Position numbers and translations under genes: made by a program. DNA of 64,000 nt from Escherichia phage KBNP1711, in sequence record NC_023593.1, one strand, 5' to 3'. The notes beneath the pieces are model-generated. The model was not told the origin of the DNA and ran no database searches. It worked only from the letters and a program-made list of their open reading frames with translations. Below are positions 31,263 through 39,766 of the stretch, in pieces. Within the stretch, counting starts at the first letter, position 1, and each line of letters opens with the position of its first letter.

Positions 31263-31629
31263 TATTTTCTTCTTGAGTTTTAGTTTTATGGCAAGGTTCT
31301 TTACAAAGCACTTGGAATCCGTGTTTCTCAACAAGTGCCCTCTGAATAATTTCATCCCAAGTAGCTTCATGGTCGATAGGGACCAGAGGCTCTATATGGT
31401 CAATAGCCATTTCTTTAACAGGGTGGTCGTTGCCACACATAGCACATTGATAGTGCATTGCCAGCTTCCCTGTCTTGGGGTTTATCTTGCGTTCTGTTTG
31501 AGCATCTTTAAGAGCATCGAACATAGGCTTCCACTTCCTAGTCAGAGAACGAATCCCTGACTTGATGAAGGAATTGTATCGAGCTTCTGTCCAAGTGCCA
31601 CTACAGCGAGTCTTCTCAACCTTCGCCAT
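31228..31629 (-). CDS. HNH endonuclease
   Basis: 'CAMCGNDHP...DHIEPL...CKEPCH' HNH/zinc-finger motif. Confidence 0.7.
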   Translation of the reverse strand: MAKVEKTRCSGTWTEARYNSFIKSGIRSLTRKWKPMFDALKDAQTERKINPKTGKLAMHYQCAMCGNDHPVKEMAIDHIEPLVPIDHEATWDEIIQRALVEKHGFQVLCKEPCHKTKTQEENNARKQFKKGNN

Positions 31630-31840
31630 AACCTATATCCATATCATCCTCCTGCCAGACTCGTTTATTAACACGGTGACTAACCTTGTCAGCCTTGGGG
31701 ATACGACCGGTACGTTGATCAAACAGTTGGTGTTTAATCTTCTGATCTTTACGAGTTTCACGGTTAGGTGAAGTTTCATCATAAGTACGGTAGTTGAATT
31801 TGTTACCCATTATCAATATCCTTATTCCAAATTTTATCAA
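31616..31840 (-). CDS. hypothetical small protein
   Basis: ORF track only. Confidence 0.25.
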   Translation of the reverse strand: MIKFGIRILIMGNKFNYRTYDETSPNRETRKDQKIKHQLFDQRTGRIPKADKVSHRVNKRVWQEDDMDIGYGEG

Positions 31841-32642
31841 GCCATGACCACTCGAAGAGGTCTTCTGGTGTTTGACCTACGAATAGGAGACGAGCATTTT
31901 CAAGCATCTTTTCTTCCCATTCTGTATCAAACTTCTTATAATATTCCATTCGCACTATATGATAAAGAGTCCACTTATCATTTACACCTTGTAAAAGGTT
32001 GATAGCGGCTTTCTTTCCAACCCCTTGACGACGGAGTTGTAACTTACCTCCCCACATAACTTCCTCACGTTCACCACAACCGGGAATGTTATCTGTTCCA
32101 TCACCAATGAGCATTTGATAAAAGAAGTTTTGCCAAGCAACCTCATCTGATACATAGTGAGGAGGAACCTCTTTCTGTCTTTCTCCACATGCCCACCGAT
32201 AGTGCCATCCGGGAGTTATCAATAAGTCTTTGTCTCGTGTACAGATGATAGTGTTCTTGTCAGTTCGCTGTCTTTCTGCTAATGCATCATCAGCTTCTCT
32301 TCCATAAACATCTACATACTCGTAATTGTTTTTAATGTAGTCACCAACGTTCTGCCAGTGGAAAGGTCTTTCTCCCGGAGGTCGGTTGGCTTTGTATCCT
32401 TGCTGCTTTGCTACATCAAAACGGAAATTACCGCCTTCGCTGAAGTAGAAGATTGTCTTTCGACAGCCAGCGCGAGCAATGATTGTATCAAGTTTGTTTT
32501 GAAGTCGTTCAATTAGAAACCCATAATCTACTGGTGTACGTCCTGTATCCAGAAAAGGATGCTCCTGAGTCAGAGCACCCACTTCGTATCGGAGAACATC
32601 AGCATCCACTAGAGCTACTTCAGGATACTTAACGTCTTCCAT
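31803..32642 (-). CDS. 5'-3' exonuclease / flap endonuclease
   Basis: 'LVDADVL', 'GREADDALA', 'TRDKDLL', 'IGDGTDNIPG' acidic motifs of FEN/PIN nucleases. Confidence 0.6.
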   Translation of the reverse strand: MEDVKYPEVALVDADVLRYEVGALTQEHPFLDTGRTPVDYGFLIERLQNKLDTIIARAGCRKTIFYFSEGGNFRFDVAKQQGYKANRPPGERPFHWQNVGDYIKNNYEYVDVYGREADDALAERQRTDKNTIICTRDKDLLITPGWHYRWACGERQKEVPPHYVSDEVAWQNFFYQMLIGDGTDNIPGCGEREEVMWGGKLQLRRQGVGKKAAINLLQGVNDKWTLYHIVRMEYYKKFDTEWEEKMLENARLLFVGQTPEDLFEWSWLDKIWNKDIDNG

Positions 32643-32643
32643 A

Positions 32644-33180
32644 TCACTCCCCTAAAAGTTTACGAACTTCTTTCTTGAATGTTTCATACTCTTCAGGGTA
32701 TTCAAACCCACACTCTAACATTGCATAGTGAACAACCTTAAGCAAGTCTTGAACCTTGTTCTTATCTTTGTGTCGATAAGCATACTTGATCATGTTACAT
32801 TGCTGGAAATTAAGCTGAGGGTTAGCTGCATAGAATTCAATAGGTTGAATCTTCTTGGAGTCAGGGTCATAATGAGCACCGCCAACCATTACATCTAGTG
32901 CTGGACTTCTTTGGCTAGTCTTCTCAGTTGTATTCTTAAAACTGACCACAGGAACAGAAGAGTAAACTATATACTCTTCCCCTACTGGTGGTTTTACTCT
33001 TAGTCCACGCATGGCATATTCAATCTTTATGTCAGCGGAACCTGAAGCGACCTCTTCAATAGATTTTCGATAGCTGTCAATAACTGCCCTTAGCATAGAG
33101 ATTGTTTTGGTCATATCTTTTACTTTCTCATTCAGTACAACAATCTCTGATTCTTTGAAATCGAACAAATTCATTTCCAC
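32644..33180 (-). CDS. DUF3310-like phage protein
   Basis: 'QPIEF...NMIKYAYRHKDK' resembles the DUF3310 signature (recalled). Confidence 0.3.
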   Translation of the reverse strand: MEMNLFDFKESEIVVLNEKVKDMTKTISMLRAVIDSYRKSIEEVASGSADIKIEYAMRGLRVKPPVGEEYIVYSSVPVVSFKNTTEKTSQRSPALDVMVGGAHYDPDSKKIQPIEFYAANPQLNFQQCNMIKYAYRHKDKNKVQDLLKVVHYAMLECGFEYPEEYETFKKEVRKLLGE

Positions 33181-33563
33181 TCTCCAATGATTTCCATATC
33201 AAATTTATCTCCTTTCTTCGTAAGGAGTATTGCCGGTTTATCTTTACTTTTCATATACTCAAACATGTGCAGAGACCCTCTTGACTCTCCATCCCAGAAG
33301 ACTATTGCTGAGTCAGCATACTCTCCCATGTCTACGTTTCGAAGGATACCAGCTTTCTTTCCTAAGGTTGTCCAAGAAGGGATAAACCTTTTAACCCCAA
33401 GGCCGTTGTGCTTAGCAACAATCTCTCCGTGAGAGTCTGGCCCTGTTGCTCCTCCTGATACAACTTCAGTGAAGAGCTTAGGTATTTCTTTGGGGAGTAA
33501 ATCCCACATCTGAATAAAAGAAGGCCAGTCAATAGACCGGCTTCCTGCTATAATCACTTTCAT
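33171..33563 (-). CDS. SLOG/DUF2493-like Rossmann protein
   Basis: 'VIIAGSR...SGGATGPD' N-terminal pattern (recalled). Confidence 0.3.
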   Translation of the reverse strand: MKVIIAGSRSIDWPSFIQMWDLLPKEIPKLFTEVVSGGATGPDSHGEIVAKHNGLGVKRFIPSWTTLGKKAGILRNVDMGEYADSAIVFWDGESRGSLHMFEYMKSKDKPAILLTKKGDKFDMEIIGEWK

Positions 33564-33564
33564 A

Positions 33565-34206
33565 TTAAGACCCTTGGAATTCTTCTTTGTCGAAGTGCTT
33601 CTCTACCACATACTCATACAGATCTTTATACTCTGCATAACGACGGTAGAATGTACCGTGTGAGATGCCTAATTCTTTCTGAATGGAATCGTGAGGGATA
33701 CCTAAGAAGAGCATTGAGAACATGCTTGCGAGCTTCTGTGTGTCCATTGTATCACTCAAATCTTGGAAGAAGTAGAAGATACGAGATTCCATGAAAGGGT
33801 CCCCAACTGAATCATGCTTATTAACTGCATATTCCAGAGGACCTTCTGAGTAAATGTCAGGGTTGTTAAACATATCTGCTTCTGGAATAGCATAGATACG
33901 TCGATCACCAACTGTCTGTCGATTAGAACGGATAGACCAGATGATATTCTTCACACGATAGGTCATGTGCTCAATCTCTACCTCACCTTCTAGTAGAAGC
34001 TCTTCTTGCTTGGAATAGATGAAACGCCAAGCATTAAGCAACACCTCTTGAGCTACATCCTCTGCTTCATGATAGTCACGAATGTCGTACATAAAGAATT
34101 TGTGAACCACTTTCCAGTTCACCTTATAGAACTCATCGAAGGTTGGGAAGTATTTGATTGGAATACCGTGAATACGATACCGAGTAGGTGTTGTTTTCTT
34201 AGCCAC
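33565..34206 (-). CDS. ECF-type sigma factor-like protein
   Basis: Region 2-like '[16 protein letters not shown]'; region 4-like HTH '[17 protein letters not shown]'. Confidence 0.5.
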   Translation of the reverse strand: MAKKTTPTRYRIHGIPIKYFPTFDEFYKVNWKVVHKFFMYDIRDYHEAEDVAQEVLLNAWRFIYSKQEELLLEGEVEIEHMTYRVKNIIWSIRSNRQTVGDRRIYAIPEADMFNNPDIYSEGPLEYAVNKHDSVGDPFMESRIFYFFQDLSDTMDTQKLASMFSMLFLGIPHDSIQKELGISHGTFYRRYAEYKDLYEYVVEKHFDKEEFQGS

Positions 34207-34236
34207 AAGTTATCCTTAACTTTGTTGGTTTTAAAT

Positions 34237-34446
34237 TTATACGCTGATCAAGTAAATAGCCGTTTCGGGGTTTGGTGTGTGTTGTTGTGGTGTTCCGAGG
34301 ATACGAATCCACTCATCGTTTTCTGGTTCGTAATACAACCAAGCATCTGTGAATTTGAAAGTTTTTCCAAACACTTTGTTATCGTGTTCCCAAATTACGT
34401 GAACATTTCGAGTTCCTTGTGGTAGAACTGATTGCGCTCTAATCAT
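34237..34446 (-). CDS. hypothetical small protein
   Basis: ORF track only. Confidence 0.3.
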   Translation of the reverse strand: MIRAQSVLPQGTRNVHVIWEHDNKVFGKTFKFTDAWLYYEPENDEWIRILGTPQQHTPNPETAIYLISV

Positions 34447-34706
34447 TGGATACCTCTTTCTTTCAGAGCCTCTATTAACCCGTTGTGGTTAGCAGCACAC
34501 TCTGTGTATTGGTCTTGATACCACTCTAGTGTTGTTGATAGTGCAACACCTTGTGGACCTTCTAGCATCGGTAAATCTACCCTACACTCAGCTTTTAGGT
34601 TTGTTGGTAAGGGCATTAATTGCCTGCTGTTGTCGCTCATTGAACAACTTGACATACTCATCACTAGCGCAAACATTATAAAAAACTGGCTTAGTCTTTT
34701 CATAGT
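34443..34706 (-). CDS. lipoprotein, o-spanin-like
   Basis: Signal peptide 'MKRLSQFFIMFALVMSMSSC', Pro-rich mature part; start embedded in the upstream gene. Confidence 0.35.
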   Translation of the reverse strand, partial: TMKRLSQFFIMFALVMSMSSCSMSDNSRQLMPLPTNLKAECRVDLPMLEGPQGVALSTTLEWYQDQYTECAANHNGLIEALKERGIQ

Positions 34707-34938
34707 GCATCTCTTTGTAAACTGTCTCAGTGTTCTTCTTCCAGTCTGATAGACCATTGAGAACTCTCATAGCAACCTCATCAGCTGCTTTGTTTCTCTC
34801 TATCTCTAATTCTTGCTGATGTTTCTCTTTGTCCAGATTGTTACTATCTGTTTGGTATTCGTTAAACTTCATACCACCAAAGAACACAAGAGCTGAAAAG
34901 ACGATGAACCCTAAGTTATCGCTTAACGTGTTTTGCAT
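34588..34938 (-). CDS. membrane-anchored coiled-coil protein, i-spanin-like
   Basis: N-terminal TM 'LGFIVFSALVFFGG' then charged helical region; overlaps the lipoprotein gene out of frame. Confidence 0.35.
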   Translation of the reverse strand: MQNTLSDNLGFIVFSALVFFGGMKFNEYQTDSNNLDKEKHQQELEIERNKAADEVAMRVLNGLSDWKKNTETVYKEMHYEKTKPVFYNVCASDEYVKLFNERQQQAINALTNKPKS

Positions 34939-34949
34939 ATTATCTCCAA

Positions 34950-34975
34950 CGAAAAAAGCCACCCGAAGGTGGCTA
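34950..34975 (-). terminator. rho-independent terminator (- strand)
   Basis: 'agccacc cgaa ggtggct' hairpin with U-run on the - strand. Confidence 0.5.
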
Positions 34976-34996
34976 AACTATTACAAGGAGAGATAC

Positions 34997-35737
34997 TTAG
35001 AACGGAGATTCGTCTTCTTCAAAAGTAGACTCAGGCTCACGGTCGATAGTAGGGATAGAAGCAACCGGCTCTTTCTGCTCGTTCTCAGAAGCCTTAGTGA
35101 CTTCACGACCAGCGAGAGGAATGTTCTTAGCGTCATTAGCTTGGGTAAGCAGGTTACGCTGGAATGGGAAGATTACCTGGTAAGCAGCTACGTTATCATC
35201 TGTTTCAGCATACGGTTCGAAGAAGACCAAAGGACTGCGAGCAGCAGCAACAGCTTCACGATACTTGGTAGGAATCGGAGTAATCTGTTTGATAGAATTC
35301 TTAACTTCACCAGCTTTGTTGGTGTAAGAGTTAATCAGAACGTTTACAGGCTGACCTAACAGCATTTCTTTAAACCAAGCTAAATCACCTTTCAGTGCTT
35401 GGATGCTAGGGTCAACCATCTTAATTAGGTTGAGAATACCAGAGTTCTTAGCTCGTGGGTTTACATCGAAGCTCTTAAATTGACATGCAGGGCGCGGGTC
35501 AAGAGCGTTGCCTTCAGAGTCCTTACCGGTTGCATCAACACTAATCAGTTCAAACGCCAAGTCCATACGGAAAGCTGGGTTCTTAGGAGTAACTGCTTTA
35601 GTTTTAGGGTCAACCCAAGGGTCACGATTGTGAACACCAAGACCAACAACACGAACGATACGAGCTTCGTACTCACCATCAGGGATTACGTCGTAGTTGG
35701 ATTTACGGGAAACGGACATAGTTGGGATAGAAGACAT
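34997..35737 (-). CDS. single-stranded DNA-binding protein-like
   Basis: Acidic C-terminal tail ending in Phe ('EEDESPF'), as in SSB proteins. Confidence 0.45.
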   Translation of the reverse strand: MSSIPTMSVSRKSNYDVIPDGEYEARIVRVVGLGVHNRDPWVDPKTKAVTPKNPAFRMDLAFELISVDATGKDSEGNALDPRPACQFKSFDVNPRAKNSGILNLIKMVDPSIQALKGDLAWFKEMLLGQPVNVLINSYTNKAGEVKNSIKQITPIPTKYREAVAAARSPLVFFEPYAETDDNVAAYQVIFPFQRNLLTQANDAKNIPLAGREVTKASENEQKEPVASIPTIDREPESTFEEDESPF

Positions 35738-35794
35738 ATTTTAATTTCCTTATTTAATTTAAGATTGTTGCTCACTTTGAGCGGTTATGTATAG

Positions 35795-35803
35795 TATACA
35801 TTA
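35795..35803 (-). promoter_or_regulatory. TAATGTATA motif (- strand)
   Basis: + strand 'tatacatta'; 58 nt upstream of SSB-like gene start. Confidence 0.4.
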
Positions 35804-35866
35804 CACCTATACCGATAAGAGTGCTATGTAGTATAAGCATCAGTGGTAGTAGATATTGACTACTAG

Positions 35867-35875
35867 TAATGTATA
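35867..35875 (+). promoter_or_regulatory. TAATGTATA motif (+ strand, faces away from flanking genes)
   Basis: Exact motif in the 414-bp intergenic region. Confidence 0.3.
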
Positions 35876-35970
35876 TATTGTATAGATGATAATTCTATTG
35901 CAGGCTTGTATATTGGGCAATTCTCAGAATCCCTTGCAAGTACCGAAGGGCAGGAGACACCTGCGAGATA

Positions 35971-36038
35971 AAAATAGAGAATTAAGGAATCCTTGATTTA
36001 GGTTGTGGGGACTCCTAGGGACTTTGATTCTCTATTTA
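35971..36038. repeat. inverted repeat flanking a 45-nt spacer
   Basis: 'aaaatagagaat' ... 'attctctattt'. Confidence 0.4.
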
Positions 36039-36151
36039 AAAGATTAATAATTACTTACTACCTAAATAGTTAACTAACTTACTTAAACCAAATTCAATAA
36101 TAATAGATAAAAAGATTATTCCTAAGAAAGCTAAGATGTAAAGAACATAAG

Positions 36152-36319
36152 TTACCATTCCATCATTCCTTTTAATCTAGATTCTTCTACTATTCGCTGA
36201 TAAAGTAAGTTAGATTCAGCTTGATCTTTTAATATCTTACTATATTGATCTCTGAGACTATCTTTATAAACAACAGGTGGTTTAAATAGTGATGATACCT
36301 TGTTCTTTTCTTCTTTCAT
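36152..36319 (-). CDS. hypothetical small protein
   Basis: Track ORF 36152..36403 trimmed to an internal Met. Confidence 0.25.
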   Translation of the reverse strand: MKEEKNKVSSLFKPPVVYKDSLRDQYSKILKDQAESNLLYQRIVEESRLKGMMEW

Positions 36320-36788
36320 CAAAGGTCTTCCTAATCTCTTGCAGAGATACAGCTTTAAAGTTGATTTGTTCCATCGAAGTACAGAAGTATCTCCAATCAT
36401 CAATCACATGATTATGAGTATGAGCATAGATGTTGAACTTCCCTCTCATTTCATCAGAGTGAATAGGAATGTGAGTTACCCAAAACTCTTTGTACTTGAA
36501 GTCACCTGATACAGTTCTGAACACTTTCATAATCTGTGGTAATAAATCCAGCCTGTCATGGTTCCCTAAGACAAGATGTTTCTCACCCTTAATCTCATAG
36601 ATGATATCCAGTGCATATGGTTCAAACACCCAATCACCAGTAAAGAAAGTCTTATCACGTTTAGTCACATGGTCAAACGCTGAAAGAATTGCTTTGTCAT
36701 GTTCTTCAATACTGCCGAACTGTTTACGAAACTTGCAGATGTTACGATGACCTAAGTGACCATCTCCTGCGAAATATACCTCAGCCAT
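36282..36788 (-). CDS. metallophosphoesterase (calcineurin-like)
   Basis: 'GDGHLGH', 'GDWV', 'GNHD', 'HTHNH' metal-binding motifs. Confidence 0.65.
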   Translation of the reverse strand: MAEVYFAGDGHLGHRNICKFRKQFGSIEEHDKAILSAFDHVTKRDKTFFTGDWVFEPYALDIIYEIKGEKHLVLGNHDRLDLLPQIMKVFRTVSGDFKYKEFWVTHIPIHSDEMRGKFNIYAHTHNHVIDDWRYFCTSMEQINFKAVSLQEIRKTFDERRKEQGIITI

Positions 36789-36797
36789 AGAGACCTC

Positions 36798-36998
36798 TTA
36801 GATAGTACAACCATCACATACGAAATCCCCGCTCAGGGATTCTTGTAATAAACGACTTTGTTCGTCAGATACTAGTTGATTAACTACTTTCTGTAACTCC
36901 AATAGTTGATCAAAATCTATATATTGTCCTTCCTCAAGAACGTTAGTTTCAATCCCCCATAAAAGTGATGGCATGTTTCCGCTTGCATTAAAGATCAT
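36798..36998 (-). CDS. hypothetical small protein
   Basis: ORF track; start/stop overlap with neighbours. Confidence 0.3.
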   Translation of the reverse strand: MIFNASGNMPSLLWGIETNVLEEGQYIDFDQLLELQKVVNQLVSDEQSRLLQESLSGDFVCDGCTI

Positions 36999-37219
36999 AA
37001 TGTAGTCCTTTGTTTATTATTAATAACATCCAACGCAGTGTAAGCTTTACCTGTTCCTAAGTATTCTAGAACTGGCGGACTCTTCTTTTCTTCAGCAACC
37101 TCAACGTAGGTTTTAACTTCACCTTTCAGAACTTCTTGAGAAGCAATAGCACTTTCTTCAGAGTGGTGTACAACAGTAATTACTTTCTTTCCAATCTTAT
37201 AAGTATGAACCCAAATCAT
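36995..37219 (-). CDS. hypothetical small protein
   Basis: ORF track; start/stop overlap with neighbours. Confidence 0.3.
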   Translation of the reverse strand: MIWVHTYKIGKKVITVVHHSEESAIASQEVLKGEVKTYVEVAEEKKSPPVLEYLGTGKAYTALDVINNKQRTTL

Positions 37220-37422
37220 TTAACTTCCTCAATATCAACTAATTCAAAACTTCCTATTTCTTCAAGCTGGATAATCTCTTTAACCTTCTCAACAGCTTTA
37301 ATAGGGTTTTCTTCTTCTACAACTTTACACCCTGACACTTCAAGACTACCTGTTCCACGAAGGTATAGATTTAACTTGTAGATCACTTTGTAATATTTCA
37401 TCGTATTCCCAATTTCTTTCAT
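37216..37422 (-). CDS. hypothetical small protein
   Basis: ORF track. Confidence 0.3.
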   Translation of the reverse strand: MKEIGNTMKYYKVIYKLNLYLRGTGSLEVSGCKVVEEENPIKAVEKVKEIIQLEEIGSFELVDIEEVK

Positions 37423-37591
37423 AATATCCAGAGTTGTAGTTTAGGGCGCATTTCTCGGCCTCTTCTATGTCATCTGTGTTTAGGATATTAACCCAACCAC
37501 CAACTTCATCAAAACCCTCTTCTTCTTCATTAAACCATACGCTGTATTTCTTCATCTTGATAAGACTCTTCCCCAATCTTTTACATAGCAT
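37346..37591 (-). CDS. hypothetical small acidic protein
   Basis: ORF track; start uncertain. Confidence 0.25.
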   Translation of the reverse strand: MLCKRLGKSLIKMKKYSVWFNEEEEGFDEVGGWVNILNTDDIEEAEKCALNYNSGYYERNWEYDEILQSDLQVKSIPSWNR

Positions 37592-37731
37592 CGACCGTTA
37601 ACCCACTTTGTATCTGACTTAAATTCTTGAGACAGTCTCACTTCACAATCTTCTCTACTGGCATCCCCTCCGATATCAATCAGATACAGGAATAGGGCTA
37701 TACCTAAAGCCCAAAGAATTAACTTCTTCAT
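37573..37731 (-). CDS. small membrane protein (52 aa, below track cutoff)
   Basis: Hand-translated 'MKKLILWALGIALFLYLIDIGG...'; ATGA overlap with upstream gene. Confidence 0.25.
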
Positions 37732-38120
37732 CGAATCACCAAAGGCTCATCAGAATACACAGGAGCGGCTATTTCTACAGGAGGTGCTGCTTTAAGGTCA
37801 TTGAGTCTTACACCCTTTAGCATCCCATCTAGGTGGTCCATCTTGGGGATTCCAACAGGGAAGTCATCAATCCAAATATCTACAAAGAAACCAAGCTGCC
37901 GACAAACATCATCTTTCTGTACACCATTACAAAAGATAATAGGAATCTGCAAGCACTCTGCATCAATCTTAATGTCGTGGTTGTCGTACCCATTAGGCTC
38001 TGCAAAGCGATAAGTTACGAATCGTACATCATAACCCTTCGACTGCATTAATGCTACCACAGAACGCCACAGCTCTTTATCAGAGGTGTAGGTATCATCG
38101 TAATCTAAACCAATGTTCAT
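37728..38120 (-). CDS. HAD-like phosphatase (putative)
   Basis: N-terminal 'GLDYDDTYT' (DxDxT motif). Confidence 0.35.
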   Translation of the reverse strand: MNIGLDYDDTYTSDKELWRSVVALMQSKGYDVRFVTYRFAEPNGYDNHDIKIDAECLQIPIIFCNGVQKDDVCRQLGFFVDIWIDDFPVGIPKMDHLDGMLKGVRLNDLKAAPPVEIAAPVYSDEPLVIR

Positions 38121-38134
38121 ATCTAATCCTTAGA

Positions 38135-38160
38135 CAAGAAAAGCCGCCCGAAGGCAGCTC
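38135..38160 (-). terminator. rho-independent terminator (- strand)
   Basis: 'gctgcc ttcg ggcggc' hairpin plus 'ttttctt' on the - strand. Confidence 0.5.
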
Positions 38161-38166
38161 TTTAGT

Positions 38167-38364
38167 TTATGCTTCTTGTTCTTCTGGCTCTTCAGCATTC
38201 AGCTGTTCCAGTCGATCATTCTCAATACTCAGATCGATAACTACACCAGTGAGTTCTACTACAGCCTGACGCAGTGCATCTTTACCCATCGAGTTAACTT
38301 GGGTCATGAAGAATGCTTTACCTTCTTCTGTGGATAGGGTTTCTTTAAGTTCAATAGGGGTCAT
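38167..38364 (-). CDS. hypothetical small acidic protein
   Basis: ORF track. Confidence 0.3.
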   Translation of the reverse strand: MTPIELKETLSTEEGKAFFMTQVNSMGKDALRQAVVELTGVVIDLSIENDRLEQLNAEEPEEQEA

Positions 38365-38711
38365 TTATTATCTCTCATAAATTCGGGTCACTGTACCACC
38401 CGCAGCTTCTACTTGAGCTACGAATGAATCACGCTCTTCATCTGTATAAACCAGCTCATTCAGGAACGTTCCTTCAGAGTCTTGGTACAGGATGTTCCAC
38501 TTAGGCAGGGGCTTACGGATCAAGTCCATCATTCTTTATCCTCCCGTTCTTTCCACAGTTGGGCTAGTTCTAAATAATACTCAGCTTCGTCAGTGCGTCC
38601 TTGTTCTTTACAGATGCTATACTGACGGAAGCACCAATCTGAAGGTTGCTCTTCCACTTCCTTGTCTCCTTGAGAAGTAATCAATAAGACTACTTCATTT
38701 GTTTTTCCAAT

Positions 38712-38903
38712 TCACTCTTCCATTTGAGGAATCTCTAAATGCTTTATAGAGAAGTTTTTATTTGGGAAAGTCTTTATTAGCCAAGCTGCTTCTTGGATAG
38801 CTTTGTTTTCTTTCTCGTAAATACAAAGCCGAGAATCCAATGAAACAATCCTCCCGGTTTCGCTGAAGATAGCCCATGTTTTGTATGTGTAAGTAGGTGT
38901 CAT
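38712..38903 (-). CDS. hypothetical small protein
   Basis: ORF track. Confidence 0.3.
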   Translation of the reverse strand: MTPTYTYKTWAIFSETGRIVSLDSRLCIYEKENKAIQEAAWLIKTFPNKNFSIKHLEIPQMEE

Positions 38904-39275
38904 TTATTTCTCCAACACCGAGATGCTATATCTATCGTGTAAGGTTTTTCTAACCCAAGCAATGCGTTTAGGGTTTTTGTGATGAGAGCCTGTGTAACGT
39001 TCTCTGTGGTATGTGTCACAACCGAAAGGGTATACCGGGTCCTCAAACCCTTCGTGTTCAAACATATACGTCAGATCATTAAAGTCCGTATGTTTTGTGA
39101 AGAAGTAATAGCTTTTATAACAACGGTAGTTGAAACACAAACCGTGCTCAGGACTGAACCATTTTGGGTATTCGTCTGTCTGAGAGATGTTATAATACTG
39201 GAGGAGGAAATCCTCCATCCCCCTTTCTTTGGCAATACATCTTAGTGTTCGGTAAATAATGTTACTTTGTTTCAT
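38904..39275 (-). CDS. hypothetical protein
   Basis: ORF track. Confidence 0.35.
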   Translation of the reverse strand: MKQSNIIYRTLRCIAKERGMEDFLLQYYNISQTDEYPKWFSPEHGLCFNYRCYKSYYFFTKHTDFNDLTYMFEHEGFEDPVYPFGCDTYHRERYTGSHHKNPKRIAWVRKTLHDRYSISVLEK

Positions 39276-39284
39276 TGTGAATTC

Positions 39285-39766
39285 TCAATGTGTGTGATTC
39301 CAGTTTAATCCTATCTGACAATCAGATGCCAGAGGACATTCCATCTTGAGGTACTCACCAGCTTTCTTAACACAAAGCTCTGTAAGCTCTTTTAGCTTTT
39401 GTGCATCATTACGGTGAACAGAGAACTGCCCTTCATCGTGCATGTCAATAACCTTCGCACAACGAACACCATCACGCTCAATCCACTTGTTAAGGAAAAG
39501 CATGGCATACTTCATAACAATCGCACCAGCACTCTGTAATAGGGTATTCAGTGCTTTATGAACCATTACCTTACCTGTTGCATCACGTCTCATTGTAACA
39601 CGACGACCATCAACACCCAAGATATAACCTTGAGCTGCCTTCTCTGTCATACGTTCAATAAGAATTGCAATACAAGGATTCTCTGCCAAGAAACGTGCTC
39701 TCATTACTGCACCTTCTTCAGAGCCTCCACCAACGATAGAACCGAGCTTAGCATCACCTGCCCCAT
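39285..39766 (-). CDS. DNA polymerase (family A), exon 2
   Basis: 'GAGDAKLGSIVGG...ALNTLLQSAGA...HDE' matches the T7 DNA polymerase C-terminus; frame open upstream of track start 39704. Confidence 0.7.
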
